Source of the DNA: an uncultured Gemmatimonadales bacterium
GTDB lineage: Bacteria > Gemmatimonadota > Gemmatimonadetes > Longimicrobiales > Gaopeijiaceae
Assembly (NCBI GenBank): GCA_963720485.1
Contig: OY970395.1
Location: forward strand, 2,264,885 to 2,328,884
Length of the DNA: 64,000 nucleotides
Direction: 5' to 3'
Shown: piece by piece, positions 52,297 to 64,000 of the stretch
Position numbering within the stretch: position 1 is the first letter of the stretch
Layout: each line of letters opens with the position of its first letter
The notes under the pieces: generated by a model
What the model saw: only the letters and a program-made list of their open reading frames with translations
Told to the model about the DNA's origin: nothing
The model's database searches: none
Position numbers and translations under genes: made by a program

Positions 52297-52579
52297 CCCA
52301 GCGTCCGGACGAGCCGGGACAGGACGGCCGAGAGCGCAGCCTCGGGGTCGTCCTCTCCCGTCGCCGCCTCGCACGCCCGGGTCACCAGGGCGTCGCCCGA
52401 CAGCAGGTCGAAGGCCCCACGTCGCTCCCGCCCCTCGGGGGTGAGGGCCGCCCACAACGCCCGCAGCGCCGCGTCCAGGGCGGCCTCCCGGGACGCCCCC
52501 TCGGCGTCGACCAGCCAGCCCTCCAACCGGTCACGGAAGGCGGCGGGCACCTCCGCCGGCTCCTCCGCGGGAGTCCGGC

Positions 52580-52583
<4 letters not shown>
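52293..52583 (-). CDS. hypothetical protein (96 aa) immediately downstream of alaS
   Basis: The GTG start overlaps the alaS stop (GTGA), and the stop overlaps the start of the phosphatase gene. Confidence 0.4.
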
Positions 52584-55243
<2,660 letters not shown>

Positions 55244-55369
55244 CGTCGTCCCCGGGACGGCGCGGGTGGCTCAGGGATCTCGTCCGCTCGGGCGGACGGT
55301 GGCCCGCCAACATAACGGGCGGCGGGAGACCGTCTCAATACGCCGGGGGCGGCGGGACGTGCCCCGGAT

Positions 55370-55404
55370 GAAAGCGGGGGGGCGGCGCACGGCGCCGCCC
55401 CCCT
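55370..55404 (-). terminator. putative intrinsic terminator downstream of recA
   Basis: Perfect 13-bp GC-rich inverted repeat (GGGGGGGCGGCGC-ACG-GCGCCGCCCCCCC) followed on the minus strand by GCUUUCAUCC, a short U-run. Confidence 0.4.
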
Positions 55405-55426
55405 CCTCCCGCGAGGCCGCCGGGGC

Positions 55427-56488
<1,062 letters not shown>

Positions 56489-56552
56489 CGCTTCTCCGTG
56501 GAGCTTCATTCGGGGACAGGAGGGGAGAGCCGGCCTGGGGGGGCGGACCCGA

Positions 56553-56585
56553 GCCCTAAGATACGAGACCCGAAGATAAAGCGAA
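56553..56585 (-). promoter_or_regulatory. AT-rich recA upstream region with direct repeat TATCTT-N10-TATCTT (candidate promoter/operator)
   Basis: The minus strand reads CGCTTTATCTTCGGGTCTCGTATCTTAGGG roughly 70-100 nt upstream of the recA ATG. Local GC is far below the 70% background. Confidence 0.3.
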
Positions 56586-56800
56586 AGGGGGGTAGCCCCA
56601 CGCCCCGGCCTCCGGATCCGTGCGTCCCATTCTACCCCTCCCCCGGGGGCGGTGGAATGCCCGGTCGGGACGCCGACAGGTCGGAGCGCCCCGGAGACGG
56701 AGGAAACGAATGTTTCCCAAACCTTGCCCCGGGCCTCTGCCCCCCCTCATCTTCCCTTTCCCGAGCTCTCCCTGCCACCGCCACTGCGGAACCGAGCGCC

Positions 56801-57238
56801 GTGGAGCCACCAGACCCGCGCACCCCCTACGACCGCGAGAGGCTCCGCTTCCAGGACGTGCGCCACGACGCCTTCCAGGACGGGAGCTCCCGGGTTCGCG
56901 TACGCTTCGAGTGGCACGGCACGGAACTCCTGGGCGAGGGGCACGGCATCGAGACACGGGAGGGCATCCTCCGCGCCGCGGCCCACGCGACGCTGGACGT
57001 GGCCCGCCAGGCCACGGCCGGGCGGGTGGACCTCGAGCTCAGCGGCATCAAGGCGCTCCGGGTGTTCGACGCCTGGGTCATCATCGCCGCCGTGCGCGCC
57101 CGCACCCCCGACGAGACCCTCTCCCTGCTGGGGTCGCTGGCCACCACCGAGGAGGACACTGCCCGGGGGGCGGTGCTCGCCGTGCTGGACGCCGTGAACC
57201 GGGCCCTGGCCCGGCACCTCACCCGCCCGGACGCCTGA
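56801..57238 (+). CDS. hypothetical protein with dsRBD-like motif (145 aa from GTG; alternative ATG at 56657)
   Basis: SSRVRVRFEWHGTELLGEGHGIETREGILRAAAHATLDVARQA resembles the dsRNA-binding-domain consensus (GEG.G.SKK.AK..AA..AL). The N-terminal extension from 56657 is Pro/Ser/Ala-rich low complexity. Confidence 0.4.
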   Translation: MEPPDPRTPYDRERLRFQDVRHDAFQDGSSRVRVRFEWHGTELLGEGHGIETREGILRAAAHATLDVARQATAGRVDLELSGIKALRVFDAWVIIAAVRARTPDETLSLLGSLATTEEDTARGAVLAVLDAVNRALARHLTRPDA

Positions 57239-57281
57239 CCCGGCTCTCCCCCCTGGGGGGATCCGCCGCCCCGGAGGCCCC

Positions 57282-57944
57282 GTGCTCGTCCAGCCCAGGC
57301 GCCACGCGCTCCGCCTCGTCACCCAACACGACCACGCCATGGCCTCCGGCGCCATGGCCGCTGCCTGGCGGGGCCCCGGGGGTGATGCACCCCTGCCCCC
57401 CCTTCTGGTGGTGGCCACCGCCCTCCACGACGTCGTGTGGAGGGACGAGGACGCCCGCCCCTCCCTGGATCCCGACTCCGGTCTGCCCCTGGACTTCGCC
57501 GCCTTCCCGCCGGAGCGGAAGCGGGCGCTCACGGCGGCCGGGCTGGCCCGGCTGGACGCGGTGGAGCCCGAGGTCGCTCGCCTGGTCCGGCTCCACCACG
57601 AGACCCTGGGGACGGCGGTGGAGCCCCCCCGGGCGCTGGCCTGGATCCGTCTCTTCGACCGCCTCTCCCTGTGGGTGTGCCTCACGCCGCCCGGAAGCCT
57701 GGAGGCCCACCGGCCCTCCTGGCTCGGCGACCGGGTCGCCGCCCCCGACGGGACGGCGCTCCGCCTCGCCTGGGAAGGCGAGGGGCACCTGCGCGTGGAC
57801 CCCTGGCCCTTCGCCGGCGAGAGGCTCGTCCTGGCGATTCCCCACCGGGACCTCCCCACGGGTCGCTGGAGCCAGGAAGAGGAGCTGGTGGATGCCTGGC
57901 ACCAGGCCGAGGCGGCTCACGCCACGGTCAGCCTGACGGGATAG
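57282..57944 (+). CDS. hypothetical protein (220 aa)
   Basis: GGAGG Shine-Dalgarno sequence 4-5 nt upstream of the GTG. Ordinary composition. Confidence 0.55.
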   Translation: MLVQPRRHALRLVTQHDHAMASGAMAAAWRGPGGDAPLPPLLVVATALHDVVWRDEDARPSLDPDSGLPLDFAAFPPERKRALTAAGLARLDAVEPEVARLVRLHHETLGTAVEPPRALAWIRLFDRLSLWVCLTPPGSLEAHRPSWLGDRVAAPDGTALRLAWEGEGHLRVDPWPFAGERLVLAIPHRDLPTGRWSQEEELVDAWHQAEAAHATVSLTG

Positions 57945-58040
57945 GCACCGCCGCTCCGTCCCCCCACGCATGCGACGCGAAACGGCCCGCCCCGGCACGA
58001 AGCCGGGACGGGCCGTCCGCTACTGCCTGGGGTCGGCGCG

Positions 58041-59462
58041 TCAGCCGCGCGTGCCCCGCAGGCTCTCGTACGGCTGCCACACGCCCGGCGTCACCGGGAC
58101 GTACAGCGTGGTGTAGGGCCGCTCGGCGCCGCGGTTCACGAACAGCGGCACGCCCTGGTACTCGCCCACGCGCATCAGATCGGGGCAGTTCAGGCGAACC
58201 GTGCCGCCCGACTTCTGATACTGCCGTCGCTCGAACGTGATGTCCTGGTTGTTCTCGAACCACGTCCGGCCGGACGCATAGTCGCCGGCGAACACCACGC
58301 CGCTCTGGCGCAGCTGGGCGATGGAGGTCCGGGACGGGCCGACCAGGGTGTCGCCCTGGGCGGTGACCAGCACCGACACGTTCTCACCCGTGGCGAGGCA
58401 GATCGTGGCCGCCTGACCGGTGGGCAGCGGCGGCGCCACCTGGCGCGTCACGACCACCGTGTCCGGCGGCGGCGCGGGCAGGCGGATACGGACGGTGTCG
58501 GGACGGGCCCGCTCGAGGAGCGCCGGCTTGCACAGCAGCCCCCCGTCCTGGGGGCAGAGCGCCAGCGAGGCGAGGACGCCCCACTTCGGGCTCCGGTAGA
58601 TGCTCACGTCGTGGAGGTAGTTCGAGCCCAGGTAGTGGGCGCCCAGGCGGATGCCGCCCAGGTCGAGCTGCGCGCCCCAGTTGAGGTCGAAGCCGTTCCA
58701 CTCACCCATGAGGTTGAGCAGCGCGTTGTCGCCCACCTTCAGGTGGCTGACGGCGCCGGCGAACCAGCCGTTCGAGTCGGCGTAGTCGTACCAGTCCAGC
58801 TGATCGCCGTCCTTGAACAGGCCGTTGCCCCAGCCGAGGGAGAACGTGAAGTCGTTCTCGGGGAGCCAGTCGCTCTCGAACCCCTGGAGGGCCAGGGAGC
58901 CGACCACGTACTCGGTCCAGTTCGTGTTCACGTCCTCGCGCCCCGGATATCCCTGCAGGAAATAGGGGTCGGGGATGCCCAGCCGATTCGGCTGCTGCTG
59001 CACATTGTCCTGGTAGTCGGGCGACGTCAGGTAGCGCACGCCCACCGCCAGGCCGAGACCCTGCTTGCTCGGGCGCAGGAGCGCCAGACGGCCGAAGCCG
59101 CCGGCCACCGTGCCGCTGCCGTGGTCGTCCAGGGACTGGAGGGTGGCACCCAGCTCCACCCGGTCGAACAGGCCGAAGGCGACCGACGCGTCGCTGTAGA
59201 ACTTCTTCAGCTGGTCGCCGCGCCCGATGATCTGCCCCTGCGGGCCGATCAGTAGCCGGTGGTCCAGGTTCACCCAGAATCCGGACCCGGTCACCGTGAT
59301 GGCACCGGACGGAAGGACGCTGGCCACGGGGACGTCCAGGTATCCCGAGCCCCACCGGAGCGTGCTCGGCATCTTGGTGTTCTGGGCCTTCGCCGCGCCG
59401 GCCGTCAGGGCCACCGCGAGAAGGACCGCAGACCACCGTACGGTACTCCGAACGATCCTCAT
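58041..59462 (-). CDS. hypothetical secreted / outer-membrane protein (473 aa)
   Basis: Signal peptide MRIVRSTVRWSAVLLAVALTAGAAKAQ. Alternating Gly/aromatic-rich N-terminal half consistent with beta-strands. GGAGG Shine-Dalgarno sequence. Confidence 0.6.
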   Translation of the reverse strand: MRIVRSTVRWSAVLLAVALTAGAAKAQNTKMPSTLRWGSGYLDVPVASVLPSGAITVTGSGFWVNLDHRLLIGPQGQIIGRGDQLKKFYSDASVAFGLFDRVELGATLQSLDDHGSGTVAGGFGRLALLRPSKQGLGLAVGVRYLTSPDYQDNVQQQPNRLGIPDPYFLQGYPGREDVNTNWTEYVVGSLALQGFESDWLPENDFTFSLGWGNGLFKDGDQLDWYDYADSNGWFAGAVSHLKVGDNALLNLMGEWNGFDLNWGAQLDLGGIRLGAHYLGSNYLHDVSIYRSPKWGVLASLALCPQDGGLLCKPALLERARPDTVRIRLPAPPPDTVVVTRQVAPPLPTGQAATICLATGENVSVLVTAQGDTLVGPSRTSIAQLRQSGVVFAGDYASGRTWFENNQDITFERRQYQKSGGTVRLNCPDLMRVGEYQGVPLFVNRGAERPYTTLYVPVTPGVWQPYESLRGTRG

Positions 59463-59597
59463 CGTATGGATCCTCCGTCCCTTGAAGGAGATGGATTCAG
59501 CTCGAACTCGAGCGTGTCGCGCGCTTATGGAAATTCCGGGTGTTGAGATCGGCCCTACCCCGATAGCGAGAAACGTGCCAAATACTGTTTTTTTCGT

Positions 59598-60653
59598 TCA
59601 GGCATCCCGCCATGCCTCCAAAGCCTCCACGGCGCGCGAGATTCCGGCCAAATCCACATCCCGGTGCGTCACCGCGCGAATGCGTGTCGCTCCGAAATTG
59701 AGCATTAAAATTCTGCGGAATTTCAGAAAATTCAATAGGGAATCCACCCTATCCGCCTGGAGGGACATGTCGATGAGCACGATGTTGGTCTCGGGCCGCT
59801 CCGCCCGGAGGCCCGGAACGCGGTTCGCCGCGTCGGCCAGGAGACGGGCGTGCTCGTGGTCTTCCCGGAGCCTTTCCCGGTTGTGGTCGAGGGCGTGCAG
59901 GCCCGCCGCGGCGAGGATCCCCGACTGGCGCATCCCGCCCCCCAGGCGCCGCCGCACACGCCATGCTCGCTCCATCACCTCGGCGCTTCCGGCCAGCATG
60001 GACCCCACCGGAGCGCCCAGCCCCTTGGAGAGCGACACCATCACCGTGTCGGCGTGGCGGGCCCACGCTGCGGGGGGCTGGCCGGTCTGGGCCGCCGCGT
60101 GCCACAGCCGCGCGCCATCCATGTGCACGGGAAGCCCGTGCTCCTCCGCCACGGCGGCGATGTCCGCCATCCGCTCCACCGGGAAGATACGCCCGCCCGA
60201 CGCCAGGTGCGTGTTCTCCACGGCCACCACGCAGCTCCGGGGGTGGAAGCGCGAGCCGCGCCGGATGGCGTCCCGTACCAGGTCGGCGGTGAGAAGGCCG
60301 TCGGGCGTGGCCACGGGCCGGATCTGGAGCCCGCTCAGGGCCGCCGCTGCGCCCTCCTCGTAGTGGATGATGTGGGCGTCGGCCTCCAGGACCACCTCGC
60401 CCCCCCAGCTCCCCAGGACCGCCAGAGCGGTCTGGTTGGCCATGATGCCGCTGGGGAAGAAGAGCGCCCGCTCCTTTCCCAGGAGGCTCGCGATGCGCTC
60501 CTCGAGGCGGCGGGTGGTGGGGTCGTCGCCCAGGGCGTCGTCGCCCACCTCGGCCTCGGCGATGGCCCGGCGCATGGCGGCGTCGGGCCGGGTGACGGTG
60601 TCGCTGCGGAGGTCGACCACAGGCAGCTCGAGGGAACCCCCGGGGGGCTCCAC
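59598..60653 (-). CDS. ltaE: low-specificity L-threonine aldolase (PLP-dependent)
   Basis: VDLRSDTVTRPDAAMRRAIAEAEVGDDALGDDPTT...SGIMANQ... The GTG start gives a canonical N-terminus. The longer ORF extension is Pro/Arg-rich and was rejected. Confidence 0.85.
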   Translation of the reverse strand: MEPPGGSLELPVVDLRSDTVTRPDAAMRRAIAEAEVGDDALGDDPTTRRLEERIASLLGKERALFFPSGIMANQTALAVLGSWGGEVVLEADAHIIHYEEGAAAALSGLQIRPVATPDGLLTADLVRDAIRRGSRFHPRSCVVAVENTHLASGGRIFPVERMADIAAVAEEHGLPVHMDGARLWHAAAQTGQPPAAWARHADTVMVSLSKGLGAPVGSMLAGSAEVMERAWRVRRRLGGGMRQSGILAAAGLHALDHNRERLREDHEHARLLADAANRVPGLRAERPETNIVLIDMSLQADRVDSLLNFLKFRRILMLNFGATRIRAVTHRDVDLAGISRAVEALEAWRDA

Positions 60654-60658
60654 CCGGC

Positions 60659-60922
60659 TCAGCCCTGGTCCATGCGGCGCTCGATCCGGGCCAGGCGCCG
60701 GGCGATGGCGATCACCCACCCCAGGATGATGGCCCACGCCAGGGCGTAGGCAATGAAGACGTGGGTGTAGCCGCGCCCCAGGTGCTGGCTCGCCAGGTCG
60801 GTGGCCCCCTCCTGGAGGGCGAAGGCCGCCGCGGGGGCGGCCAGCGCGGCGACGGCCGCGGCCCCCGCGGCCAGGAGAGCGCGGGCGGCGGCGGCGACGC
60901 GGCGCGTGGGGAGGCGGCTCAC
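60659..60922 (-). CDS. ccmD: heme exporter protein CcmD-like small membrane protein
   Basis: 87 aa with a single TM (VFIAYALAWAIILGWVIAI) followed by a basic tail (ARRLARIERR). The start overlaps the ccmC stop (ATGA). Confidence 0.55.
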   Translation of the reverse strand: MSRLPTRRVAAAARALLAAGAAAVAALAAPAAAFALQEGATDLASQHLGRGYTHVFIAYALAWAIILGWVIAIARRLARIERRMDQG

Positions 60923-61641
60923 GGGTGGGCTCCTTGTTCTGCGGAGAGGGTCGCTCCGGGGGTGGCTTCACGGCGCGCCATCTCCCGGCGGATCCGCTCC
61001 AGGGCGTACCGGAACGCGAACAGGCCGAAGAAGAGGAGCGTGAAGGCGGCGATCCCGGTGAGGAGCGTGTCGAGCATCTGGGGAGCCAGCGTGGGCCCCT
61101 CCGGCTTCAGCACCACCGGCTTCGGGTGGAGGGAGCGGAACCAGAGGACGCTGATGTGGATGAGGGGGATGTCCAGCGCCCCCACGATCCCCACCACGGC
61201 GGCGAAGCGTTTGCCCCGCTCGGGGTCGGCCGTGGCCGACCGCACCATGAAGTAGCCCAGGTAGATGAACCACAGGAGCAGCGTCAGCGTGAGGCGGGGC
61301 TCCCACGTCCACCACGTCCCCCAGGCCACCCGGGCCCACAGGGGTCCCGTCACCAGGACGATGGTGGTGAACACCATGCCTCCCTCGGCAGCGGACACGG
61401 CGGCCATGTCGAGGCGCTCGTCCTTGAGCCACAGGTACACCGCGGAGGTGAGCGCCACGATCCCGAAGGCCATGAACGCCACCCACGCCGAGGGCACATG
61501 GACGTAGAAGATGCGCTGCACCACGCCCATGGTAACCTCGGTGGGCACCCAGAAGAACACCTGCCAGAGCACCACACCGGACAGGAGGACCCCGGCCGTG
61601 GCCAGCCCGAGGGAGAGCCAGCGGATGTTCCGGAGCTCCAT
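60919..61641 (-). CDS. ccmC: heme exporter protein CcmC
   Basis: Tryptophan-rich WWD motif (WARVAWGTWWTWEPRLT) and conserved His residues in a 6-TM protein. Confidence 0.85.
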   Translation of the reverse strand: MELRNIRWLSLGLATAGVLLSGVVLWQVFFWVPTEVTMGVVQRIFYVHVPSAWVAFMAFGIVALTSAVYLWLKDERLDMAAVSAAEGGMVFTTIVLVTGPLWARVAWGTWWTWEPRLTLTLLLWFIYLGYFMVRSATADPERGKRFAAVVGIVGALDIPLIHISVLWFRSLHPKPVVLKPEGPTLAPQMLDTLLTGIAAFTLLFFGLFAFRYALERIRREMARREATPGATLSAEQGAHP

Positions 61642-63224
61642 CACTCCTCCACGACAAATCGGAACAGGACGGCACCCGTGCCCAGCGCCATGACCGCGAA
61701 CGCCGCGAGCATCCTGAGCATGCCGGCCACCTCGGCGACGGGCCTTCCGGCCAGGAGCCTCCCGGTAGCTCCCGCGCCGTAGATCACCACCGGCACCAGG
61801 AGGGGGAAGAGAAGCACGGGCAGCAGCGTCTCGCCCAGGCTCGTGCCCGTGGATACCGCCGCCAGGAGCGTGCCCAGGGCCACGAAGCCGAGGCAGCCCG
61901 CGCCCACCACCCCCAGCAGGGCCAGGGGACTCGCGCCGTAGTCCAGGTCGAAGAAGAGGCCGAACACGGCGAGCACGAGGAGCACGACCCCCAGGAGGAG
62001 GGCCAGGTTCCCGGTGACCTTCCCCAGATACAGGGCGTCCCGGGGCGCGGGGCTCATGAGGACGCCCTGGAAGGCGCCGTCCTCGGCCTCGAGCTGGAAG
62101 GTGCGCCCGATGCCCAGGATCCCCCCGAACACGACGGTCAGCCACAGGAGCCCCGAGGCGATGTTCTGGGGGCGCACCACGGTGGGATCGATGGCGTAGT
62201 TGAAGAGCACCCCCACCAGCACGGAGAACGCCCCCATGGACAGCGTCCGCTCCCGGGTGCGCAACTCCTGCAGGAGGTCCTTCCACGCCACCACGCCGAT
62301 CTGGCCCAGGTAGGTGCCCGCCCCCGAGGGCGCCTCCCGCCGGGGCGGCGGCGCCTCGGGCGGGCGCTCGGCCGGGGCCGCCGTGCCGGAGGGCGGCGCG
62401 GGGGCGGCGGGGAGCCCGCGGCCGGCCTCGGCGGCGTCCACCACGTCGTGGTAGAGGGCCTCGAAGCCGGCGGGGTCCAGGGACGCCGCCGGGGCCACGT
62501 ACACCAGCCGCCCCCGCACCTGGATCGCGACCCGGTCGGCCAGCTCCAACCCCTGGGAGAGGTTGTGGGTCACCAGGACCACGGCGCGGCGCCCGTCCTT
62601 GAGGGCCTCCAGCACCCCCCGGAGCACGGCGGCCGCGTGGGGGTCGAGGCCCGTGTAGGGCTCGTCCAGCAGCACCACGTCCGGATCGTGCAGCAGGGTG
62701 CGGGCGAGGGCCAGGCGCTGGCGCATCCCCCGGGAGAAGGTGGCCACCCGGTCGTCGGCCCGCTGGGCCAGCCCCACCGCGGTGAGGCGCTCCTCCACCC
62801 GGGACGAGGCATCCTCCAACCCGTACAGGCGGGCGTAGAAGCGCAGGTTCTCCCGGGCGGTGAGGTGCCCGTACAGGAAGGTGTGGTGGGAGAGGACCCC
62901 CACCCGGGTGCGGGGCCCCAGGCTGGCGGCCATGGCCTCGCCCCCGATCCTCACCTCGCCCCGGTCGGGGCGGAGCCCGCCTCCCAGGAGGCGGAGCAGG
63001 GTCGTCTTGCCGGCGCCGTTGGGGCCGAACACCGCCACCACCTCGCCGGGCGCCAGGGCCAGGTCGATGCCGTCCACGGCAGGGGCGCCCCCGTAGGAGC
63101 GCACCAGCCCCGTGGCCTCCAGCAGGGGTGGGGCGGCGGACGTTGCGTCCGGGTCGGACACGGGCGGCGCGGGCTCTCCCGGCGGGGCGTCCTCGGCCGC
63201 GGTGCCGCCGGCCGGAGAGCTCAC
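61641..63224 (-). CDS. ccmA: fused CcmA (ABC ATPase) - CcmB (heme exporter permease)
   Basis: The N-terminal roughly 250 aa are an ABC ATPase (GPNGAGKTTLLRLL, LSRGMRQRLALAR, LLDEP, H-loop VTHN). The C-terminal roughly 220 aa are CcmB-like (FNYAIDP...GVLMSPAPRDALYLGK, 6 TM). A single ORF. Confidence 0.85.
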   Translation of the reverse strand: MSSPAGGTAAEDAPPGEPAPPVSDPDATSAAPPLLEATGLVRSYGGAPAVDGIDLALAPGEVVAVFGPNGAGKTTLLRLLGGGLRPDRGEVRIGGEAMAASLGPRTRVGVLSHHTFLYGHLTARENLRFYARLYGLEDASSRVEERLTAVGLAQRADDRVATFSRGMRQRLALARTLLHDPDVVLLDEPYTGLDPHAAAVLRGVLEALKDGRRAVVLVTHNLSQGLELADRVAIQVRGRLVYVAPAASLDPAGFEALYHDVVDAAEAGRGLPAAPAPPSGTAAPAERPPEAPPPRREAPSGAGTYLGQIGVVAWKDLLQELRTRERTLSMGAFSVLVGVLFNYAIDPTVVRPQNIASGLLWLTVVFGGILGIGRTFQLEAEDGAFQGVLMSPAPRDALYLGKVTGNLALLLGVVLLVLAVFGLFFDLDYGASPLALLGVVGAGCLGFVALGTLLAAVSTGTSLGETLLPVLLFPLLVPVVIYGAGATGRLLAGRPVAEVAGMLRMLAAFAVMALGTGAVLFRFVVEE

Positions 63225-63691
63225 CCCTGCCCCGCCCCGGACCGGGCGGGACTGACTCCGGATGGAGCGGGTGCTCCCCCCACCAGCGGGGTTCCACAGC
63301 TTCCGCAGAAGCGGCTCCCGGCCGGGTTCAGGTGACCGCAGCGGGCGCAGGTGCGACCCTCGCTGAGGCCTTCCCGCACCGCGGCGATCTCCCGCTCCAG
63401 GGCGTCCGGGTCCCGGGCGTCGCGCTCGGCCTCCTCGACCTCCAGGGCGTCCAGGGCCTCCACGGACAGCTCCCTGCGGAGGGCCTTGTAGTCGCTCTCG
63501 TCGAGCTTGCCGGTGGCGAAGTCGTACTCCACGTCGCGGAGGGCCCTGAGCGTCACCCTTCGGCGGGATTCGGCCTGGGTGAGCTCGTCCTCGGTCCCGT
63601 GCATGGGCGCCTGCTCCCCCGTCACCATCGGGTGGAGGAGGAAGAGCACGACGGCGCCGGCCAGCAGGACGGCTCCGATGAGAAGGGTCAC
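63221..63691 (-). CDS. membrane-anchored zinc-ribbon protein (156 aa) inside the ccm cluster
   Basis: N-terminal TM helix, a charged helical middle region, and a C-terminal CxxC-x10-CxxC (CARCGHLNPAGSRFCGSCG). The stop overlaps the ccmAB start (ATGA). Confidence 0.55.
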   Translation of the reverse strand: MTLLIGAVLLAGAVVLFLLHPMVTGEQAPMHGTEDELTQAESRRRVTLRALRDVEYDFATGKLDESDYKALRRELSVEALDALEVEEAERDARDPDALEREIAAVREGLSEGRTCARCGHLNPAGSRFCGSCGTPLVGGAPAPSGVSPARSGAGQG

Positions 63692-63713
63692 GACGCGGGC
63701 CTCGCTCGAGGGG

Positions 63714-64000
63714 TCAGTCCGCGCCCACGGGCTCGGGGCTGCCCGCCCCGCCGGAGATGCGCTCCGGCGGCGCCGACTCCCGGATGCGCGGCGGCTCGGG
63801 CCAGAGGGCGATGAGCCCGCCCAGGGCGATAATCATCCCGCCGTACCAGATCCAGCCCACCAGGGGGTTCACGATGAACGTGAAGGTGGCCTGCTGGGCG
63901 GCGGGGTCGTTCTGGCCCACCAGCCTCTGGAGGTCGGCGTCGGCCAGGATGACGTAGAGGTCCTCGAAGAATGAGGAGCGGATGCCCACCTCGGTGATGG
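63714..64000 (-). CDS. ccmF: cytochrome c-type biogenesis protein CcmF, C-terminal end (gene continues beyond the window)
   Basis: QATFTFIVNPLVGWIWYGGMIIALGGLIALWP matches the conserved CcmF C-terminus. Confidence 0.6.
   Translation of the reverse strand, partial: ITEVGIRSSFFEDLYVILADADLQRLVGQNDPAAQQATFTFIVNPLVGWIWYGGMIIALGGLIALWPEPPRIRESAPPERISGGAGSPEPVGAD

Noticed and set aside
56620-57936. 438-aa plus-strand ORF spanning the recA-upstream region
   Set aside because: It is an extreme Pro/Arg/Gly/Trp artefact in the wrong frame relative to the two plausible genes (56801..57238 and 57282..57944).
60968-61675. 235-aa minus-strand ORF overlapping ccmC in another frame
   Set aside because: It is Gly/Arg/Ala-rich and fully inside the well-supported ccmC reading frame.

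Overview
This 64 kb window is very GC-rich (about 70%) and densely packed with housekeeping genes, most of them on the minus strand. It reads like a core chromosomal region of a non-model bacterium, possibly Gemmatimonadota or a related lineage. That guess rests on GC content and gene content only, with no rRNA or marker check.

Genes recognised from protein motifs:
- Transport and heat shock: partial macA-like adaptor plus two MacB/FtsX-type permeases (the first frameshifted twice), mnmA, dnaJ-grpE, cinA-pgsA, a Ras-like MglA GTPase.
- DNA replication and repair: recR-ybaB-dnaX with a candidate SRP RNA (ffs) upstream, yraN, smc, recA, rarA.
- Translation: rsfS-rplI, pth-rplY(ctc)-prs, alaS, a tRNA-Gln, cca, hflX, ychF.
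- Metabolism: DAHP synthase, pdxJ, an IspE-containing fusion, H+-pyrophosphatase, ltaE.
- Cytochrome c maturation: ccmF-(zinc-ribbon protein)-ccmAB-ccmC-ccmD.

The most unusual items are:
- a single ORF encoding ribosomal proteins bS6 and bS18 as one polypeptide, joined by an Asp/Glu-rich linker;
- a ParA/MinD-fold protein lacking the Walker-A lysine, fused to a transmembrane segment and two SPOR repeats, immediately upstream of smc and overlapping its start;
- a UPF0104 membrane domain fused to IspE;
- a fused CcmA-CcmB;
- a type IV pilin-like gene with a Gly-rich tail, translationally coupled to a small membrane protein, next to a decayed NtrC-type enhancer-binding protein gene and an AT-rich scar.

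No CRISPR array, transposase or integrase was seen. Many long ORFs on the opposite strand of real genes are GC-driven artefacts (Arg/Pro/Gly-rich) and were not called.

All product assignments come from motif recognition by eye. Start codons were chosen by homology-based N-terminus expectation together with SD-like sequences, and were fixed by codon counting from ORF-track ends; they have not been checked experimentally.
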